Virus record (IMG/VR): IMGVR_UViG_3300037781_000013
Span: 1-50,020 of that record
DNA: 50,020 nt
Direction: 5' to 3' (one strand)
Source of the DNA: a virus
Taxonomy: Duplodnaviria; Caudoviricetes
The position numbers and the translations under genes were made by a program. Each line of letters opens with the position of its first letter. Position 1 is the first letter of the stretch. The notes under the pieces are model-generated. The model ran no database searches. It saw only the letters and a program-made list of their open reading frames with translations, and was not told where the DNA came from. Shown piece after piece: positions 46,219-50,020 of the stretch.

Positions 46219-47747
46219 TAAATTCGTTGCACTCCGCCAAATCGTTTATTAAATCCAATCTTACGTTTTTCTGTATTTAGGTATTTACTAACCAAAGGAG
46301 GAGTGGCTACGCTAACAGCACAAGCCAAACAATCCTTAATATCGTCATGGCGCGGTCGCGCCAAAACCAACTCTTCTTCCAAGGCTGGTGTGTGTCCACC
46401 CTTGAAATGATACATCTTTAAGTCGTTATATCGGGGTTCCAGAGCAGCTGCAATACGCTCCTCTTTAGTCCCCTCATTCCTAGTTGGTCGATAGGCATCA
46501 ATCTTCAAAGGCACTTTAATTCTATTCTTAATGTCCTTTACAATAACATCAGCACCTACGTTTACTTCAGCCCTGAGGACAGGGAATTGCCACCTAATGT
46601 GCATCTTCTCTAGATGCTCAATATACTCTGCCATCTTATCTGTCCTAAACCTGTCTATATCTAAGACGTAGATGTTCTCTTCTGCGTCCATTCCTATAAC
46701 TACAATGGACGTAAAGTCAGCAGACTTCTTGGTAGAGAAGGCAAAGTCCATAGCAGCAAACAGCTTAAGCTTTTTGTCTCCATAATGCCAGAAGCCGTTT
46801 ACATTCCTAATCTTGCCCTCATCGTAATACTGAAACCTCGTATCATCCATTCTGTTACTTTCAGGATCGTTCGGGTCATTGTAATACTGAGCATAGAATT
46901 GTGTTCTGTCTGTGTACATCGTAGAGATGGTGGCTAGGGTGCGAGCATCAAACCCAAATGCTTTCCCATCGTCTCTTACAGACCGAGGCCATAAAAACTT
47001 CCCATTAACCTCCACAACTTCTTCCATGATGTCCCATAGAGGCTCGTTGCCTGTGCATTCCCCATCATCATCAAATGTCAACACCATCTGATCTTTCCAG
47101 ACATTGTATTGATCGTCTGGATGGTAGCGTGTACCGCAAGCCTTAATCATTCCTCCTGCATTCAGAATGGAGGCCATCTGAGACATTGCAGCAGCACACT
47201 TACGCCTTCCTTCTGCTGTGTAGGCATTATCAGGAACTACAACGTCATCTGCTACAATCACATCTGCGTGAAGTCCTGTAGTGTTTGTTGTCAAACCTGC
47301 GGCTGTAACGGTCATGTCCCGTACACCTTCTTTCCTACGTACAGGATGGTCTACAGCAATAGCTGTGGTGCTCCACTTAGCTCGTTTGCCTTCCTCTGGA
47401 TGCACCATGTCAGGCCAATATTCTTTATACTTCTTGCTTGTTAAGATGTTCTTGATTGCGTACAGCTGGCTCTCTGCCAGCGTAGAGGTTGCAGACACAT
47501 ATAGAATTGTAGTGTCTGGATGTTTAGTAATCCACCACGCACACCATACAGCAATACAATGGCTCTTCATATGTCCACGGGGGAGAAGCAAAAGACAATT
47601 AGGGTTTTCCGTATTCTGGAGGAACCTAAAGGCTTCTCTGTGAATATCCCCATACATCCTTTCTGGATGTGTTAGGACAGCAAAGCTCCAGAGGTCATCC
47701 TCTGCAAGCTGTCTAATCTCGTCTAGGTGTTCATTAAGTCTGGACAT
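46218..47747 (-). CDS. terL: terminase large subunit
   Basis: PRGHMKS Walker A, IVADD Walker B, GTRYH, AMDFA..D nuclease, HDD..D. Confidence 0.92.
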   Translation of the reverse strand: MSRLNEHLDEIRQLAEDDLWSFAVLTHPERMYGDIHREAFRFLQNTENPNCLLLLPRGHMKSHCIAVWCAWWITKHPDTTILYVSATSTLAESQLYAIKNILTSKKYKEYWPDMVHPEEGKRAKWSTTAIAVDHPVRRKEGVRDMTVTAAGLTTNTTGLHADVIVADDVVVPDNAYTAEGRRKCAAAMSQMASILNAGGMIKACGTRYHPDDQYNVWKDQMVLTFDDDGECTGNEPLWDIMEEVVEVNGKFLWPRSVRDDGKAFGFDARTLATISTMYTDRTQFYAQYYNDPNDPESNRMDDTRFQYYDEGKIRNVNGFWHYGDKKLKLFAAMDFAFSTKKSADFTSIVVIGMDAEENIYVLDIDRFRTDKMAEYIEHLEKMHIRWQFPVLRAEVNVGADVIVKDIKNRIKVPLKIDAYRPTRNEGTKEERIAAALEPRYNDLKMYHFKGGHTPALEEELVLARPRHDDIKDCLACAVSVATPPLVSKYLNTEKRKIGFNKRFGGVQRI

Positions 47748-48028
47748 TAATATCCTTCACCGGGGGTATGAAATCGAAGCTCTACGTGAGCATCCATAAC
47801 ATCCCTTTTCATACACTCAATCTCACCAAGCATAACAGCAGGACGTTGCACTACAAACGCATTCCCTGTGTTATAATTATTATACTCAAGAATAATACCA
47901 CAACCACCAATCTCTCCGTCTTTGGCTAGCTGTAGTACAGTTTCCAGCATTTCAATGATGTGCTCATTAGGCTTATCTTTAGCTGGAGGGGAGAGAGACA
48001 CAATCTTATTATTCTTATCGCTTGGCAA
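47747..48028 (-). CDS. hypothetical protein
   Basis: LE..L..AK.GEI domain. Confidence 0.65.
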   Translation of the reverse strand: MPSDKNNKIVSLSPPAKDKPNEHIIEMLETVLQLAKDGEIGGCGIILEYNNYNTGNAFVVQRPAVMLGEIECMKRDVMDAHVELRFHTPGEGY

Positions 48029-48530
48029 GGATACGCTCCTTATCTGTTGTGATGGTTTTTGTTCTAGAGTCTACTCCCTGTAGGTATTTCCTTTTTTCTT
48101 CTTTAGAGGGCTTTCCTCTCTCTGTCCTTTTCTCCCATCCCTTCTCAACAATCCACTTAGCAGCTGAGAAGTTATCAGGGGCCATCTTCCTAATGTTCTG
48201 GATGCATTCACTCACAAGTTTGGCATCCCTCTCCTCTCTCCAATCTTCTATGTGTTCTGCTAGACAGTCAGTGTCTTGTATTCTTTGCCAGTGTTGCCAT
48301 CCACCCAAATGTTTATTAGCAAACTCATATTCCTTAGGATCATCACAGCTAAGAAACAATTTCTTTAAGCTGGCATACACCACTTCATTACCATGCTTAT
48401 CTGTCTCTACAATATCCTCATCCTTCAATGTAAAGAGAGCAAGCTCTCGTCCCTTGGCATATGTATGCTCATAAAACAAAGACTTTGTAATCCACTGTCC
48501 ACTTGAGTTTTTAAACTTATTATCTGGCAT
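48015..48530 (-). CDS. putative terminase small subunit
   Basis: First gene of the late arm, near TerL; LF.E, Y.S...L....D..EY.FA...LG.W.HW. Confidence 0.6.
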   Translation of the reverse strand: MPDNKFKNSSGQWITKSLFYEHTYAKGRELALFTLKDEDIVETDKHGNEVVYASLKKLFLSCDDPKEYEFANKHLGGWQHWQRIQDTDCLAEHIEDWREERDAKLVSECIQNIRKMAPDNFSAAKWIVEKGWEKRTERGKPSKEEKRKYLQGVDSRTKTITTDKERILAKR

Positions 48531-48551
48531 ATACTATTCTGTAGACAACTT

Positions 48552-48669
48552 ATGTATTTAATATATTATTTATATAATTATTATATAATATTTTTCTATA
48601 GGAAAAATATAAACATGTATATAAATATATTATAATTAATATATAATTTAATACTTACTATACAATAGT
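48552..48669. other. near-pure A/T tract (leader of the late arm)
   Basis: About 115 bp with very few G/C. Confidence 0.75.
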
Positions 48670-48699
48670 ATTATAACATGTATTCTATCTATCTGTCAA
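48670..48699 (-). promoter_or_regulatory. sigma70 promoter for the late (structural) arm
   Basis: Minus strand TTGACA-N18-TATAAT with extended -10 TGn. Confidence 0.75.
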
Positions 48700-48854
48700 C
48701 AACTATTTCCAATATTTTATTTTATTGCAGAAATTATTTAGTTGCATTAATAACAATAATCAGACAGTTAACCCCCTTCCCTACCCCTTTTCCAGCCTTT
48801 TTGTCCTATATTATTTTTTGTTAGTTACAATTAATTTAGGTTAGCATTATGTTA

Positions 48855-48866
48855 GTGAGTGCTTAC
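48855..48866. promoter_or_regulatory. SlmA-binding-site-like dyad GTGAGTGCTTAC
   Basis: 10/12 match to the E. coli SBS consensus GTGAGTACTCAC. Confidence 0.5.
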
Positions 48867-48947
48867 ATATAATTTAATGGAATAAGTAAGAGTTGCAATA
48901 ATCAACTAACAACATTCACACTCAATACGCCTTATATATTTGCAACA

Positions 48948-48960
48948 TAAGTTGTTGATT
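48948..48960 (-). promoter_or_regulatory. IHF binding site
   Basis: AATCAACAACTTA fits WATCAANNNNTTR exactly. Confidence 0.55.
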
Positions 48961-49165
48961 TTGCTGGGGTTTGTGTATTTATATTAATTGCTCGCTATCG
49001 CTCGCTTTCTTGCTACTATATATAGGCAATACATAATACATGTTTAGTTATATTGAATGGTGTTTTTATTCCTATTTGTTATATGCCTCTCTAGCTTCCT
49101 GTAAGCCGTTCTAAGCGCGTTTTGTGTTTAGTGGTAGGTTGGTATTAGATTAAAATAATTCGACT

Positions 49166-49184
49166 AATGAGAATAATTCTCGCA
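49166..49184. promoter_or_regulatory. Fur-box-like site
   Basis: AATGAGAAT-A-ATTCTCGCA, 7-1-7 TGAGAATnATTCTC. Confidence 0.6.
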
Positions 49185-49187
49185 ATG

Positions 49188-49204
49188 TTGGCATGGCATT
49201 TGCT
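49188..49204 (+). promoter_or_regulatory. sigma54 (-24/-12) site
   Basis: TTGGCATGGCATTTGCT with GG-N10-GC spacing. Confidence 0.55.
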
Positions 49205-49227
49205 ATGCATTCTTGCTCAGTAGTGGC

Positions 49228-49242
49228 TATAACAATGTTATA
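49228..49242. promoter_or_regulatory. 15-bp dyad TATAACAATGTTATA (perfect copy)
   Basis: Upstream of the UP element of the first early promoter. Confidence 0.8.
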
Positions 49243-49273
49243 AGGAATTAATAAAAATAATTTAAAAAAGTGT

Positions 49274-49301
49274 TTGACACCACCTTTTAGATGTGCATAA
49301 T
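49274..49301 (+). promoter_or_regulatory. strong sigma70 early promoter
   Basis: A/T-rich UP element, TTGACA-N16-CATAAT. Confidence 0.75.
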
Positions 49302-49493
49302 GACTAGCCATAGAGCTATGGAAGTGTACTGCAACTTCCCGGAGAAGGACTCAATAGCTCGCTGACCGAAATGCCAGCCGCACCCGATAGGCGTAAAGCG
49401 ATACACACTTACTTATGACTTAGCTATAAATATTCAACAAAGGGCTGTTAGATTGACAGTCCTTGATTGAGTGTTTATCCTGACACTCTCGCT

Positions 49494-49508
49494 TATAACA
49501 ATGTTATA
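49494..49508. promoter_or_regulatory. 15-bp dyad TATAACAATGTTATA (perfect copy)
   Basis: Directly 5' of the terminator. Confidence 0.8.
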
Positions 49509-49514
49509 AGACTG

Positions 49515-49540
49515 GAGGGCGCATTGCGCCCTCTCTTTTT
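49515..49540 (+). terminator. intrinsic terminator
   Basis: GAGGGCGC-ATT-GCGCCCTC-TCTTTTT. Confidence 0.8.
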
Positions 49541-49584
49541 GCTCAAATGATGATAGCATTTTAGGTGCAACGAGGTGCAACGAG

Positions 49585-49872
49585 ATGAGATTGAAGAATG
49601 CAAAAGTATGTAAAGCTAGTGAAGTGGAAATAGGTGGTATATATGGTCATCCAAACTATGAAGGAGATGACACTACTAGTATGCTGTTTATGAGAGTAAA
49701 CAAAGATGATGGTGGTGGTTATTTTAGTGCATTTCTGGTTGCTTGTGATGGTAGTAGAGCTAATGTGCTGGATGGGACAATGAGTCATACGCCCTTTGAT
49801 TCTACCGTATTGTACAATCCAGACATTAATATAATTAATTTGTTTATTGATACGGTGGTGGAACATGATTAA
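49585..49872 (+). CDS. first early hypothetical protein
   Basis: GAGG RBS inside an AGGTGCAACG tandem duplication. Confidence 0.7.
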   Translation: MRLKNAKVCKASEVEIGGIYGHPNYEGDDTTSMLFMRVNKDDGGGYFSAFLVACDGSRANVLDGTMSHTPFDSTVLYNPDINIINLFIDTVVEHD

Positions 49873-50020
49873 AGAGAGTGGAGCTATGGCACTGGAGGAT
49901 GTGCCCGTTGGTTGTGTTGTTCAATATGACGATGAACTATATCTAAAGCTAGATGAACAAGCAGATGATGACGGTGATTATTACTGTGCTAAGTTTGCAA
50001 GGGAAAGTCGTGGAGATCGT
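49865..50020 (+). CDS. 5' part of a hypothetical protein continuing to 214
   Basis: Open frame across the circular junction. Confidence 0.7.
   Translation, partial: MIKESGAMALEDVPVGCVVQYDDELYLKLDEQADDDGDYYCAKFARESRGDR

Larger units (their letters stand above)
49307..49540 (+). ncRNA. candidate structured non-coding RNA or leader (~230 nt)
   Basis: Promoter upstream, several stems including G-U pairs, terminator at the end, no ORF in the track. Confidence 0.55.

Noticed and set aside
4554-48474. Numerous opposite-strand and alternate-frame ORFs in the ORF track (e.g. 4778-5086, 6741-7196, 25563-25778, 29577-29999, 48022-48474)
   Set aside because: They are shadows of well-supported genes, without RBS or protein motifs
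48893-48905. FNR box (TTGCAATAATCAA)
   Set aside because: The left half-site and spacing do not fit TTGAT-N4-ATCAA
49361-49400. Hammerhead ribozyme (CTGA...GAAA)
   Set aside because: CTGACCGAAA lacks the CUGANGA core and has no stem II between the conserved blocks
49563-49582. 10-bp tandem duplication AGGTGCAACG x2
   Set aside because: Real, but probably a simple slippage duplication of the RBS region; no further copies seen
49894-50020. 127-bp terminal repeat as the phage's real direct terminal repeat
   Set aside because: It cuts through an ORF and 127 is a common assembler k-mer length; the true ends more likely lie in 48700-49270

Overview
This window is a complete (circularly assembled) ~49.9 kb lytic podovirus genome; bases 1-127 repeat at 49894-50020, most likely as an assembly overlap. 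It has two convergent gene arms and no RNA polymerase, integrase or repressor that I could recognise, an organisation resembling the Zobellviridae (SIO1/RIO-1/CW02/PA11-like phages). The + arm (49585 through the junction to 25785) holds early small genes, a denV-like glycosylase, a CobT-like vWA and CobS-like AAA+ pair, separate primase and helicase, a family A DNA polymerase split in two genes, SSB, nucleotidyltransferase, 5'-3' exonuclease, HNH, metallophosphoesterase, a SLOG protein and a class II RNR. The - arm (48530 to 25782) holds terminase, portal, scaffold, capsid, tail, ejection and lysis genes. The most interesting signals are non-coding. (1) A 15-bp dyad, TATAACAWTGTTATA, occurs as 12 perfect and 4 one-mismatch copies in a gradient from the presumed first-entering end, including copies inside genes. 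(2) The gene-free presumed terminal region has a dense row of matches to host DNA-binding-protein sites (SlmA, IHF, Fur, sigma54, ArcA-like, KOPS-like). (3) A promoter-to-terminator structured ncRNA candidate of ~230 nt follows it. (4) A two-state RNA switch candidate lies after the SSB gene. (5) CCWGG appears to be avoided genome-wide. (6) Three tandem arrays of small paralogous genes are interleaved with the replication genes. All calls come from reading motifs by eye; no database searches were run.
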